DNA of 64,000 bases from NCBI GenBank assembly GCA_012026655.1, contig JAAILG010001013.1:1-64000 (forward strand), read 5' to 3'. Shown in pieces: positions 13,218 through 25,975 of this stretch. This DNA is from Hydrolagus affinis. Its lineage: Eukaryota. The notes beneath the pieces are model-generated. The model was not told where the DNA came from and searched no databases. It was given only the letters and a program-made list of their open reading frames with translations. A program made the position numbers and the translations under genes. How positions within the stretch are numbered: position 1 is the first letter of the stretch; each line of letters begins with the position of its first letter.

Positions 13218-13939
13218 AGGAGAGAGAATTTGACTGATTGCCCTCTCTGATAGTGCTGAGACTAATTTGTTTGCAAATTAATTAATTAATTAAATTGCAA
13301 ACTGCTATCCTGGCTGAGATCAGGTCACCAACAGGGATCTGTGCCTCCAACATCAATGTCTGCATGACGAAGGTGTCCTGGCCAACTATCTCCCAGATTA
13401 AAAATTGTTAATCCGTTCACTAGTTCCTGGCTGTTTGTGGGAGATTGTGTACAAATTGGCTGTATGACCTAACATTGCAATACCTTTGCTCAGCAGCCCA
13501 ACACGATGCTGAAGCTTAACACACTTAACAATGTACTTGATTAATAGGATTTCACAATATAACTGTGTACGATCAAAATGCACTAAATATCTAATCAATG
13601 AATCAATATCCACATGCACCTGATATAGGATTAACGTAGCATCAGCTCCCCCGCCACCCTCCCACACACACAACACCGTTACCCATACAAACAGTATTGG
13701 AAGCACTGCCCTGTATGCTTCCCACGGCTAGTACAGCTAGGACTATCCTATATTAGGGCTTTGGCTTGCCGAGTTAACAAGATCTGAACGAGAAGAATTC
13801 CTGCCTAATGCACGTTATTATTATACAAAACATAGATCTGGCATCACCCCATCTTTGTATTTACCAGAGATGTAGCATCACACTCTGCTCTGGACAACAT
13901 CTAACACACCATCTGTCCTGGAGCACTACTTTAAAGAAC

Positions 13940-14280
13940 CATTGTTTTATGTAACTCTATCTGGAGGAGCTAAGAAGCAATCATCTCTTTGATATTGTTT
14001 GTATAGTCCACTATTCCACTGTCTCTGATCTATCCTTTTAGTTCTGCGACATTTCATTCTGTTGATTATGATATTCCCATTTTCTCCAGATTCACATTTG
14101 CGTAAACAGGTCGCTTTCTCTCTGTTCATTTTAAGTTGTTTGCCAATATATACAGTACTTTGTAGTCAAGACTCATTACTATTTTTTAACCAGATGGCTT
14201 CTATCATTTCTCCTTCTGCTGTTATATCCTTTCCAAAAAGTGTTATTTCCTCCATTATCAACCACAGCAGTCACCTACAC
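13940..14280 (-). mobile_element. Very old CR1 endonuclease fragment
   Basis: Decayed minus-strand peptides (IEAIWLK; CESGENGNIII) colinear with the CR1 endonuclease domain. Confidence 0.5.
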
Positions 14281-14518
14281 ATCTGAAAGCAGCTAACTAT
14301 ACAATCTATGTTGATAATAACATTTACATTTGATATAGCGCTTGTTATGTCAGAATGTCACCTGAAAGCGCTTCACAAGACTTACTGTAAGGTGCAGTGA
14401 TAGTGTGTTTTGTGGGCAAACACAGCCAAGAAGTGAATTGGACAATTTAATCTGGTGGATTATTGGCTGGTACAAAAGGAGAAACTTCCATCTCACCCAC
14501 AGATGGAATATCTCGTAT

Positions 14519-14632
14519 ATTTCGCCCACAAATATACAGTCAATTTACTTTACAGTATAGTGTGTGAAGCGCTTTGAGACGTTGACAAGATGTGAAAAGC
14601 GCTACATCAAACGCAAGGATTATTATTATTAT
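14519..14632 (+). mobile_element. Young SINE tail inside an older minus-strand Deu-SINE (about 14315-14700)
   Basis: tttcgcccacaaatatacagtc...gcaaggattattattatt. Confidence 0.8.
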
Positions 14633-15539
14633 CTCATTTCCCATTGAAAACAGCCATATCAACTTTAGCATCGTCCTGAACCAAGTAAGACCTCGATTTC
14701 AATGTCATTTCAACACTGCAGTGCTGTGTTCATATGGTATTGGGTGTTAAAAAAACACTCATTGAATAATAATAATAATCCTTACATTTGATATATTAAT
14801 AAGGTTAATTATTGAATGCTTATCTACTTTGACCAGTATAGTGCTTTCACCTCAAACATGTGAATACTGATGAATTGATTAACAATAAATGCAAAGGAAA
14901 TGTGGAAGCAAATACAGTCTTCTACAAAGCATCATTCCTGGTATTTTGGAAGTACTATCCACAGTACTCTTTGTCCTAGAAAATAACACATATTATTTAC
15001 AATAGGTGTTTACAATCTTACTGCATTCTAGTTGTACATAAAAACAATAATTTATTTTCTTTTGAAGCAATTATTACCCCCGGAAAGGAGATCCGCCAAT
15101 TGACTAACAACTGGCTACTCACTCATTGCCAGGCAAATAGAGATGTGTGGAGTAAGGAAACTTGCCCAACATTTCGCCCTGTTGAGAATCAAGCTCAGAT
15201 CTCATGTTAGTGAGGTTAGTGCTCTAACCACTGGGATAGCTATAGGACTTGAGATGTTTCCACCTTAATGTGGAAATTAATTAATATTAATTGGCTGCCC
15301 TGTTTTTCCCACAAAATGTATAGTCACACACGTTACAACAATAACAGATTATATTTTCTAGCACCTTTCATATTGGGAGGACATCCCAAAGCTCTGCAGT
15401 TGGAGATTTGGACTTTACAGTATATTCTGTGGAACGCCCCGAGATGTCTCAAAGATGTGACAAGACTCTAAGAAATGAAAGTCGATGTTTAGCTAGTCTT
15501 CTCAATGTTTCCCTGGAACACGTCAATAATTGATAAGGC

Positions 15540-16250
15540 GACAACAACAATAACAACAAGATTACACTAGTATATAGCGACTTTCACGTCAGGAAGACGT
15601 CCCACTGTACTGGATTGTCACTGCGTCAGACCCAAGCTGGGGATGGAGGTGGGGAGGGAAGTGGGGATTAGGAGTTGCCGATGGGGCCTTTGAAGAGGAG
15701 AGTTTTGAGGCGCGACTTGCAGGAGGCCAGGGAGGGGGCGAGGCGGAGGGACTGCGGGATGGAGTTCCAGAGGTTGGGGGCAGAGTGACTGAAGGCTCGC
15801 CCGCCAATGGTGGGGTGGGTGGGTCGGGGCCAGAGCCTGCTGAGCGAAGGGGGAGGGCAGGTTGATAAGGGGTTAGAAGTTGACAGATTTAGGGTGGGGT
15901 GAGGTTGTGGAGGCTTTAAATGTGAGGACCAGGATCTTGAATTAGATCCTCTGGATGATGGGGAGCCAATGGAGTCGGGTGAGGATGGGGGAGATGGGGT
16001 CGCAGAGTTTGGAACGGAAAGAGGACACCGGCCACAGAGTTCTGGATCATCTGCAGCCTGTGGAGGGAGGAATTGGGAAGGCCGACAAGCAGGGCATTTG
16101 CATAGTCGAGCCGGGATGTAAGGAAGGCTTGAATGAGGGTTTCAGCGGCTTTGGGGTGAGGTAGTGGTGGAGTCGGGCAATGTTGCGGAGATGGGGAAAG
16201 GCAGAGCCAGTCATTGCTTGGATGTGGGGGAGGAAAGACAGAGGGTCAAA
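15540..16250 (-). mobile_element. L2 LINE 3' fragment
   Basis: (aac)n tail at 15540; minus-strand LFDPLSFLPHIQ..AFPHLRNIARLHHYLTP. Confidence 0.9.
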
Positions 16251-16796
16251 CAAGGGACAGGACACAAAGCACTATATCAAATGCATGGATTCTGATGATG
16301 AAGATTATTATTATTATCCTCATAACATGCAGACTTAGCCTATTGTCACAACAACTTAGCCTATTGTCACAAGATACTATCTCATGACAGATGGAGCTGG
16401 GACAAGGCCATGGAGAAGCAAAGCTGAGAAAAATGAACCAGTTCCCCACATGTGAGTTCAGTGTCAGATTTAGAGGCTATTTTAAATTACACGTTTCCCT
16501 TTTCAGAATGTAGTGCAAAGCATGGGTATACAGTGAAATACAGCTGCACGTAAACCACTCAAACTATGAAATAAAAATCCATTTGATATAACAAACAGAA
16601 GCTAAACCTGAGGCAAGTTTCCTTACTCCACAGTGAGTTTATCTGGCAGTAAGTAGGAACCCGGCTGTTAATCGACTAGCGGAACACCCTTCCGGGAGTC
16701 ATCATCCTTTAAAAAACAATGTGGTCATTCAATCCATGGCTGTATGTGGGATCCTGCTGTTATCCAGATACACTTGATGTGACATATATGGAATAA

Positions 16797-17120
16797 TGGA
16801 GCTCCTGTAGCTCAGTGGTTAGAGCACTCGCCTTACAAGCGTGAGACCTGTGTTTCGAATCCAGGCAGGTCAGGGCCAAACCTTGGGCAAGTTTCCTTAC
16901 TCCACACGCCTAATAGTAATCCCTCCCAAAAAACATAATAATAAAATTGGTCATTTCAATCTACGACTGTGTGGGGGGGGACACTGCTGTGCGCAATTGG
17001 CTGCCGCGATTCATCCACAAATATACAGTCAATTCACTTTACAGTATATTCTGTGAAGCGCTTTGAGACGTCAGAAGACATGAAAAGCGCTGAATCAAAT
17101 GTGAGGATTTATTATTATTA
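16797..17120 (+). mobile_element. Full-length young tRNA-derived Deu-type SINE
   Basis: A-box TAGCTCAGTGG, B-box-like GTTTCGAATCC, body gctgtgcgcaattggctgcc, L2-like tail ending (tta)n. Confidence 0.92.
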
Positions 17121-18599
17121 TACTGTTAAATTGATTTCAGTATCAAAAGTATGACATGTTCTGTATATCTCTATTTTCACTGATTTGCTATTAAGACTCT
17201 ATGCGTTGCTGCAGTGGAGTGTGTGGCCAGAACTTGGAAGGGAGAGAGGGGGGATCAGTCCTTATAGGATAGGGTTAGCTGTCTGCGGAAGGAGCAGGCT
17301 CAATAGGTCGGATGACCTTTTCCCAGTCCACCCTTCTTACTGTGTACATGAGATGTCCCTCTAGTAATAGGCGATTGCAACAGATCTCCTGAGAGTGTGA
17401 TTGTAAGGCTGACTGCTCACCCGCATGATCTTTATCACCTGCCCTTTGGAAGCTTCAAAATATCCTGTCTATCTGAATAGTGATTTTTATTACTTGCTGG
17501 ATTGTGCTGCTTAAAACTCTGATTGAATTGCAACCGTTTCATTCGCAGTACAACTTTTCTTTATCAAAATGAAGGGAGCAGTTCCCAACAATTACTGTGT
17601 TGAAAAAAAAGTTTGAGCAAAAGAGGATCACTGCCACTCCATGGTGACACCTACAATAATGAATCTCTAAGAGTGAATGGATTGAGAGATTCACATCACA
17701 GCGTAAATAGCAAGAGCCAAACTGCAGCATTTACTAAGATATCCAGAATTCTGGCAGAGCTTGAAACCATTCCAGGGTTTCTGTTTGTTTTATATAAACA
17801 CACTACACTATGAACTATATGTGCTGGTTTATGGGGTTATTTAATTTAAATGCGGTCCTATTTTAACAGACTGTGTTTGCAACACATCAAAATGATTGAG
17901 GCAAAATCACCAAAATGTGATCTGCAAATCATCTGCAGTTGCTCAAGAGGAAATAAATAAACAAAAAAAAATCAAATATATAAATAACCTTATGGCAATG
18001 AGCTAGTGACTGGTATTTGAAAGATATCTATGATCCTCACCGGGGATGTGACTTAAAGGTACAATAATAATAATAATCCTTGATTTGATATAGTGCTTTT
18101 CACATCAGGAGAATGTCTCAAAGGCTTTCACAAGAAGTATAAGTGACTGTGCATTTTGTAGGTGAACATTGCCCACAGCAATGTCCCACAAACAGCCACA
18201 AAATAACTGGGTACGTTTACCTGATTACTGGTCAGGACACTGGTTTCGCTTTTTGAATAGCGCTGTGGTTTTTTTTTAAAACATCAGCCAAAGTACACAA
18301 TATAAACCTTCCGTTTGATACAGCACCTTTCAAATACTATCTGTCGTATTCTACAGACGTCTTATATTTTACTGGTAGAAATGAAATGTGCTCTCCATTT
18401 CATTTTCCCCTTGCCCATTTTCTACACTCTACTCTTTGAAGGTTTGTGACTCCTTCTACCTAGAGGTTCAAGTGGTGAGGATTTCCCTGTGGCACATCAA
18501 GCAAGTGGAATTTCTTTGTGTTTGAGGCTTTATGGTGAGTGTTGACGGGTGCCTTCCCAATGCCTACCCAAACACCCTTCCTGCAGGGATTCAGGAGGG

Positions 18600-18920
18600 G
18601 TTATTCCTGTGGAGTGATGTTTCAAAGCACTTTGCACATTTCAAGTTGTGAGCCCGAGCAGGTTGTGAGTAAAGGCTTAGGAGAGAATTGGGTGACTGAA
18701 GGTTCAGTCAAAGAGGTAGATGTTCTGATTGGGTTTGAGAGTAGAGAGGGAGGATGCAAGGCAGAGAGATTTTTGAAGAGAGTTCCAGAAAGTATGGCGT
18801 AAAGTGAGGAGGAGAGGGCAGTGGATGTGGAACAGGTCAGAGTTAGCAGAGGGGAGGGAGTGGATGCAAGCATGGGGTTGTAGGATAGGATGGAATAAGG
18901 ATGGCTTGGGAACACCAAAT
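18600..18920 (-). mobile_element. Old L2 3' fragment
   Basis: Purine-rich gagagttccagaa / caaagcactttgcacatttcaag pattern as in other L2 ends. Confidence 0.6.
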
Positions 18921-19134
18921 CAAGTTACAGTGTTTAATTGTGATTATCTAGTTAAAATAACCTAATTTGGTACAGATTAGATACTGGGCCCTGGCTTGAC
19001 TGATCCTTGAGCCTCAGTACACCCTACACAATCAGGTGAAAGTGTTGTAGTATCATAACATCTTTGATAGTCTGATGATCCCATCAAATGCTGTTTGAAA
19101 CATTGCAAATAACACCCAAATGTACTGTATAAAA

Positions 19135-19770
19135 CAGTATAATTTATATGGATTTTCAAAAGGACAATTGATGATGTTCCCACATGTATTATTTAAGAAG
19201 CATAAGGTGCCTGGAATGAAATGATTTGGCTGTGTTGAAAACTACCTCAGTAAGAGGAAGCAAGAACTAATGATAAATGGAGAATGCACTGTCTAGATTT
19301 GGTGACCAGTAGAGCTCCACAGGGGGTCAGCTCTGACCCCCTGCTGTTCACAGGAGTGACAAATGACTTACCCAACATCACTCTCATTGCATTATAAACG
19401 TTGCTAGTGATGCCGAGCTATATGTCCATTTGACAGGCATAAGGCTGATTGGATCTCGACCAATTAAGCAAATATATACAGTACCAAGATGTGGCAGAGG
19501 GATTTAATCAAGTGTAAGAAAAGCTACATTGGGACAGAAAACAGGTGTGCGCATTGTGGAGACATGCATTATGAATGGCAGAAGTGGAGGCGGATTATTG
19601 ATCACTCACTAAAGATTTCCAGTCAACATGGAACTGTCACCAACAACAACAACTTGTATTTATACAGTGGCCTTCATGCGGGGCAGCATCGCGGAGCAGT
19701 TAATGAGTCTCGGAGCACTTTATCAACAAAGATAGTCAAATATTAATTTATAATCCAAAAGAGTGCGGTC
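19135..19770 (+). mobile_element. Old CR1 RT fragment
   Basis: IYMDFQK..DDVP, RKQELMING and a decayed PQGS..PLLF motif. Confidence 0.7.
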
Positions 19771-22224
19771 ATGCTACTACCAACATTGAATCAGAAAGTC
19801 TCAGAAATTTACAGCACAGAAGGAGGCCATTTGGTCCATTGAGTCTGCAGCAGCTTTCAGAGCAAGCTGTTCATTCAGTTCCACCTCTCTGTTTTATCCC
19901 CACGCGGCTTCAATCCTCTATCCTTCCTCCTTCTTGAACCCCTGACGATGGACCACTTTACATGGCAGGGCCTTCCACATCCCAGCAACTCTCTAAGCAG
20001 TTTTTTTTTTACCAAAACTCAACTTTCCCTCTTCTTAAACTATCTTGCGACACTGGAACCTATTGAGGAGGGCCTATGGTTTGAAACATTCTTAACATTA
20101 TTTGTAATTTCTCATTGCTTGCAGGCAGAGAAGATCATCAGGGTGAACAAAAAGGCTTACTTTTTAGCTACCCTATAACTTTTTAAAAATATACTGTATA
20201 TAGTTTATTTAAGATTTATTAGACATTGTGATGGTATCACTACTTTTTGGTCACTATGGTTTATCTCGGAAAAAGGCGAGGGTCAGATTCAAACTAATTC
20301 TCAACGAGAGACTGACTAACGCAATTGTCTTAAATCTTATTCTAAGTTAGTAGAGACGGGAGGATATTGTTGGAATAGAATGTGTGCTCTTGCCCTAGAG
20401 GTGCGCACTCTGCTCACCTAATTTAAGTCGTCAGTATGTGGGTTGCAAGTACCAGCAACTCTTTAAATGTCTTTTTGGTGAGCTGCATAGCTCAACCTGA
20501 AATACATGACAGCATTGTCATCATCCTCCAGCCTACAGCTCAGACAAAAATAATCCCTGCCCACAGAGCCATCATTTCACCAGTTGGAAATGCAGAGCTT
20601 GAGCAGCAGCTGGTTACTTTGCTGTATACCAATCAAAGTAAATACCAAGGCCTCAATATATCAGCGTGTGTTCATGGACTGAGACTCTTGGTAACTCCTT
20701 CCATCAGCTGTCGTCCCAAATTTCCTCATTAGCTATTCAATGGACATCTGCCTTCAGTGTAGTGGGAGGGTCTTTATGGGACTACTTGTGTTTTGCCAAA
20801 ACTTTGATGTTTTAGAGGATCAGGGCCAATGCTGTGTACCAAGTCTTTATGTGAGAGGCCTTGGCAAAAATACATGCCCGTGTGAAGCCAGCCTCCGACT
20901 CCCGGTCACTGTTTGGTTCATTGCTAACCCAGCTCATTCAGAAAATAATGAGAATGAAATGGCTGTGTTCTGATTTTCCCTATCTTATATTAAAAAAAAC
21001 TATTCAATCGAAAGGGCACATCATGATTAGACATGAGTATTGTTCTTGGGGCGAAGCTGACACATTGCTTTTCTTTTTGCTCTAAGCAGAATAAGGCTTT
21101 CTGAAAACTGTACGTATATTTTAATGATAGGAGACAACTGCAGAACATCGATGAGCCTCAGACCATTTATCCTGAGTTAGTCAAAGATGGTTAGCCTCCA
21201 CTGGTGCCCTCTGGTGAGGCCGCATAAAAAGACAGTAGTGACATTTTATATTGTAAATCAATATCAAGGCACTCCTAGAGTTCTCATCCTTCTACTGTGC
21301 GAGGATACACTTCAGCACATTAACACAGGATTCATTTTACCCCAAATATTAAAGAACGGCTGCCTTTTTTACAGCCATCAAACACACTAAACATTCCCTC
21401 ATATCACAATCCTCTGATGTCTACCAATTTTATTGAGGCAAGGATTTGAGTGAATTTTCCAGAGAAGTGCCTTTCCCAATTTCCCAGTAAAAACACGGCT
21501 TTAGATTCTTCGATCGGCACCTTGGGTATGAAGCTGCGTTCTAACCGCAGAATGTGAGTCAGGTAATTGATGTGTGAACAGGGATCTTTGTGGTTGTGAC
21601 AGAAACCTCCAGATGACAGCAGGCAGAAATTTAAAAAAAACTCAGAGTGCTGTTTAGTGAAGTGTTTCAGTAGAGGGTTATTTACAGTGCTGTCATTAAA
21701 TGATCATTACAGATTTGGTGATGTTAACACATTTTATTAAAATATGCATAATTATCATGCTAATGGTTTTGTGCAATATTCCATGATTTCAATGGGGGGC
21801 AAATGATGACTATTAATGAGCCATCAGCATTAAAACTGTTTTTTTTCTTTGCTCCTTTATGATATGTTAATTTAGGTTTAAACCCTGAGAACTAGATGCT
21901 TCTTATTGATCCTGAAATGGTTCATAACAATTTCATGACTGCTTTCCAAAAGATCCTGCTGAGAAGCAGTAGGGGGTTACAATTGGTCTGGGCTAGGGAG
22001 GACAACACACAGGCTACCATTGCTGATGTTATCCAGTGACCTCTGTTGGATGTGGGGACAGGACCAGGCTCAACTGGGATTAGTCTGGCTTTAATGTCCA
22101 GGCTCACACATGAAGAACAGCCATTTGGGCTATACAGCAACAACAACAACAACATTACAACATATATTTATAATAATAATCCTTATACAGTATTTGGTAT
22201 AGCACATTAGAGATCTTTATTTAT

Positions 22225-22355
22225 GGAGAGCAGGTCTGTTAGGTTATGGGGAGAGAGCTGGGCAGTGGGATTGAGTTGCTCTTTTCAAAGAGCCGGCACA
22301 GACTAGATGGGCCAAATGGCCTCCTTTTGTGCCGTAAAATTCTATGATTCTATGA
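22225..22355 (+). mobile_element. CR1 3' UTR
   Basis: gagccggcacagactagatgggccaaatggcctcct...attctatgattctatg terminal repeat. Confidence 0.9.
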
Positions 22356-23622
22356 TGTCAGGAGAACATCTCAGGGGCTTTGCAGGATTTTGCTATGAAA
22401 TGTTCCGATTATGTATTTTGTTAGCAAACACAGCAGATAATGTGGATACAGCAATGCCCCACAAATGGCCATTGAGTTGACTGATCAGTACTGTATTATG
22501 GTGGGGATTGTTAGCCAGAGCAATTGGGAGAAACTCCCTCCTCCCTCCCTCTCTCCCTCCCTCCCTATTTTTCACATCCATTTAAACAGGTAGCACACAT
22601 CAGCACTGCATTGGAGTGTCAAATTAGATTGTAAACTCAGTCCACGACTGTTTGCGGGACACTGTTGTGCACAATTGGCTGCCGCGTTTCTCCCATAAAA
22701 TGTATAATTAATTCACTTTTCAGTATATTCTGTGAAGCGCTTTGAGATGGGTGAACGCTGTGATAAGCTGCTATATCAAATGCATATGTTATTGGTATAA
22801 AATTCCAAGGTGGGTTAAAACCTTCTCACTGAGAGGAGCGTTTGTTTTGCTGATCTCCTCCCTATCTCAAAATGAATATACATACATAGAGCCATAAGGT
22901 AATTCAGCGCTATCCCTCACATCACAACATGATCTGACTACAGACAGCTCATTGCTAGAGCTCTGTATTTATATTAACGGAGAACTGTCAAGCCATCAGG
23001 GAGTCTTGGGGACATGCAACTGGGAATCCTCTGATAAAGCGCTGCTTTGGCAAAACTAGGAGAGATAACTGACACAAACTGTTAAGCAGTGTTCATTGTT
23101 TTCTTGTACGTATTGTAAACCTCAATTTATACATTAAAAAAAAGATTGAGGCTGATGTGATCAGAGGTGCAGTAACTTCAGCACATCTCTTGCTCTTGTA
23201 TCTTTTACTAGCCGGGCCTCTCCTCCCCCACTCAAAGCCATTCCTCTAGATTACTGAGAAGCAGAAAGCAATTGAATTCAATGTTAGTGAGTGGAATGGC
23301 TGAGTCAGTAGCTTGGCTGATGTCTGAGTTAGCAATGTGCTCGATATACTGCAAGATACCCACTGTTTTGGAGACTCTTGTTTTTCACATTGGATCAGCA
23401 TACATTTTACGTTTTGTATCCATCTCTAACCCTGCCTCAATAATCCCTCTGCCTCATCCACTCTTTATCTACCTTAAATACCATCTTCTTCAACTGGGCC
23501 TCTGGTCCCCTCCTCCTTCTCACTCGCACTGCGCTCAACCCCTCTGCGGCACTCTGAGACACTACCCTGTGTAAAGGGAGCTGTTGTTGTTATTGTTGAT
23601 GGCAATAACCTCATCCAGCCTA

Positions 23623-24343
23623 AACAAAACACAAAATACTACAGATGCTGGGAATCTGAAACAAAAACAAAAGTTGCTGGGGAAACTCAGCAGGTCAGGC
23701 AGCATCCATGGAGAGAGGAAAAAGAGTCAATTTGCTTAGCATCTTCACTCTGTACGGAAGGTCAACCCTGATCTTCCAGTCTCCCTCCATTTCAACTTGC
23801 GCTCACATTCAGAGGCTGATCTTTCGAGCCATGGTCCCCTGCGCTGTGCCAGTGACTCACAGTGAAAGCTTGAGGAACAGCACCTCATCTATCTACTGGG
23901 GACACTACAGCCGTCTGGACTCAACATTGAGTTCAGACATTTCAGGCCATAGGAGCTTCCCCTTCTTCCCCCACCCTCCCCTCACTCCCCCATCACAATC
24001 ATAACTCCAGACACCCTTTGCCTCTCTGGTGATGTTTGTTTTATCACCACTAAAACCTCTTCTCCCCAGTTTTGTTTAAACCCACCCACTTCTGTTTCTC
24101 TCCCGTTGTATCGTTATCACATATTCAACCCATCAGTTAACACACTCTTTTTTCCTTTTTCTTTTTCCTTTCTCTCCTTTGTCTTCCATGTCCTGCCTCT
24201 CCCCCTCTAATGTCCTTAAAAACCTCTCCCTCCAAACAAGCCCCAGTTCTGACGAAGGGTTGTGGACCCGAAACGTTGAGTCATTTTGCTTTCTCCATGG
24301 ATGCTGCCTGACCTGTTGAGTTCCCCCAGCAACTTCTGTTTTT
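23623..24343 (+). mobile_element. Penelope-like element, 5'-truncated, with inverted terminal arm and 15-bp TSD
   Basis: 23731-23952 translates FA*HLHSVRKVNPDLPVSLHFN..HS..*KLEEQHLIYLLGTLQPSGLNIEF (Penelope GIY-YIG C-terminus). 23623-23730 is an inverted copy of the 3' UTR. TSD acctcatccagccta (23608-23622) / acctcaaccagccta (24344-24358). Confidence 0.9.
24245..24281 (+). ncRNA. Minimal hammerhead ribozyme motif in the Penelope 3' repeat
   Basis: agtt-CTGACGA-a-GGGT-tgtgg-ACCC-GAAA-c-GTT-gagt: core boxes, stem II, palindromic AACGTT stem III region; stem I has one mismatch. Confidence 0.75.
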
Positions 24344-24871
24344 ACCTCAACCAGCCTACAGCATTCATGCTGTTCAAGTTGTGTGAGAGATTTGGGTCTC
24401 TATGAGTTTGCAGTATGTCCTCAGCCTTCCTGGCTGCTTTGAGATTGTGAGATTACCCTTCATGAAAGGTTGGCAATGGAAGCAGGAGTAACTGCTTGAT
24501 TGCACTGAGCTAAGAATTTCCTAAACATGTAATACCAGCATAAAATGTGACTTGTGGGACAGTGAGCTCGCACTATGTGATTACGCAGCAATATTCTCTC
24601 ATGCCAGCCGCAGAGCTGCCCTGGTGTGCTATAATGCTGTTAGGAGAATCGATTCACGGGCCAGTTCATCCTCCTCTTAATGGTCCTGTGAAATGCAGGC
24701 AGCCTCCCGATTAAATTCAGCCTGCGGGGAAGAAAGACATTTCCAGAAATGCTGGAAGGATTTCAGAATTCAGCTTTCTGAGGAGAATTCTGCTGACAGC
24801 GCCAAGCTCTGACGCCCCATAAAAAAAAATTATGCAGAAGGTTAGTTAGTGTTATTCATACTCCGTTTCCT

Positions 24872-24921
24872 CCACACTCTGCCAGAGGTTTGTGGGCCAC
24901 ACTCTGCCAGAGGTTTGTGGG
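24872..24921. repeat. Perfect 25-bp tandem duplication
   Basis: ccacactctgccagaggtttgtggg twice in tandem. Confidence 0.9.
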
Positions 24922-25942
24922 GCATATCAAGAATCCCTCAGGCTAACTTTCTCAAAATGTATTACATAGATACTGAGACATAACAATTATATCAATGCAA
25001 AGTGATACCAAAGGAGCAATGCTGCACAGTGTACATCCTATGTGAAAAGTATTATAGGAGTGCATGCTGTCACTGAGGAAACTGGTTCCTTGTTCAGTTG
25101 ATGGACTGAATGTATTAAGGGTCGTTGCGATGATTACTTTTGTCCCTCCTCACTCCACTCCCTGCCCTTGTCTCCATTCTCCCCACCCTACCCCCCCCAA
25201 CAGCCCCCAATCAGGAACAAACTGGGGGCACATTCCAACTATTTCCACATGCACAAAGTGTGAAGCTCATTTCTGAATAGAAAACACAGGGCTCTGCAAT
25301 GTTATGTAACCCACAATTTTATCAAACATATTCCTGTGTTCAGCTGTGGGTCCATAAGCTTCTCAAAACATGGAAATTCTGTCCCCAATTACTCTTTTTC
25401 TAATCCTCAAAATCAAGGTTCACTGGTGAAACCTTGAATCCAGCTCCAATTTTTAGTTAAATTCACCCTCCCTGTTTATTTATTGATTAATTTTTAGGTC
25501 CACACTTGCCCACAAAATTATTTTTTTTTAGGAGGAAGAATAATACTTATAAATATAAATGTGGGAATTGAATTATTCCCCCCAAAATGGACAAGTTGAT
25601 GAAATTGTATGTCAGCTTTGAAAAGGTGTACCAGGAATGATCAAAGCCCAGAAGCTTCTTTTGAAGCCAGGTTTGAAGTCAGTGATCTTTAAAGGTGGGT
25701 TCAAGGGAATTACACTTTTTGTACTTCATGGTCTTTGTCTCACTTTTTCCACATTTTTCTTTCCAACCGTATTAATTTGCAGCCAATCTTTGGTCAGCTC
25801 ACATCAAAATCACAAAGAATATATGGAACCTGTGCCATCTCATTCCTAATCAGTTCCACTGAGCATCATTATGTGAATAATGTCACATTTCCATACTGGT
25901 GGGATTTCTGCTTCTACCAGGTAGAATTGGTGCCTCAGTTGG

Positions 25943-25943
25943 G

Positions 25944-25975
<32 letters not shown>

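Noticed and set aside
16333-16372. About 21-bp tandem duplication acttagcctattgtcaca
   Set aside because: Ordinary slippage or insertion-edge duplication with no further structure.
16797-16870. tRNA gene-like sequence (A/B boxes, anticodon-like loop)
   Set aside because: It continues directly into a SINE body and tail and recurs in many copies, so it is a SINE head.
20436-21085. Cluster of 74-98 aa ORFs in unique sequence
   Set aside because: No recognisable domain or consistent splice signals; could not be supported as coding.
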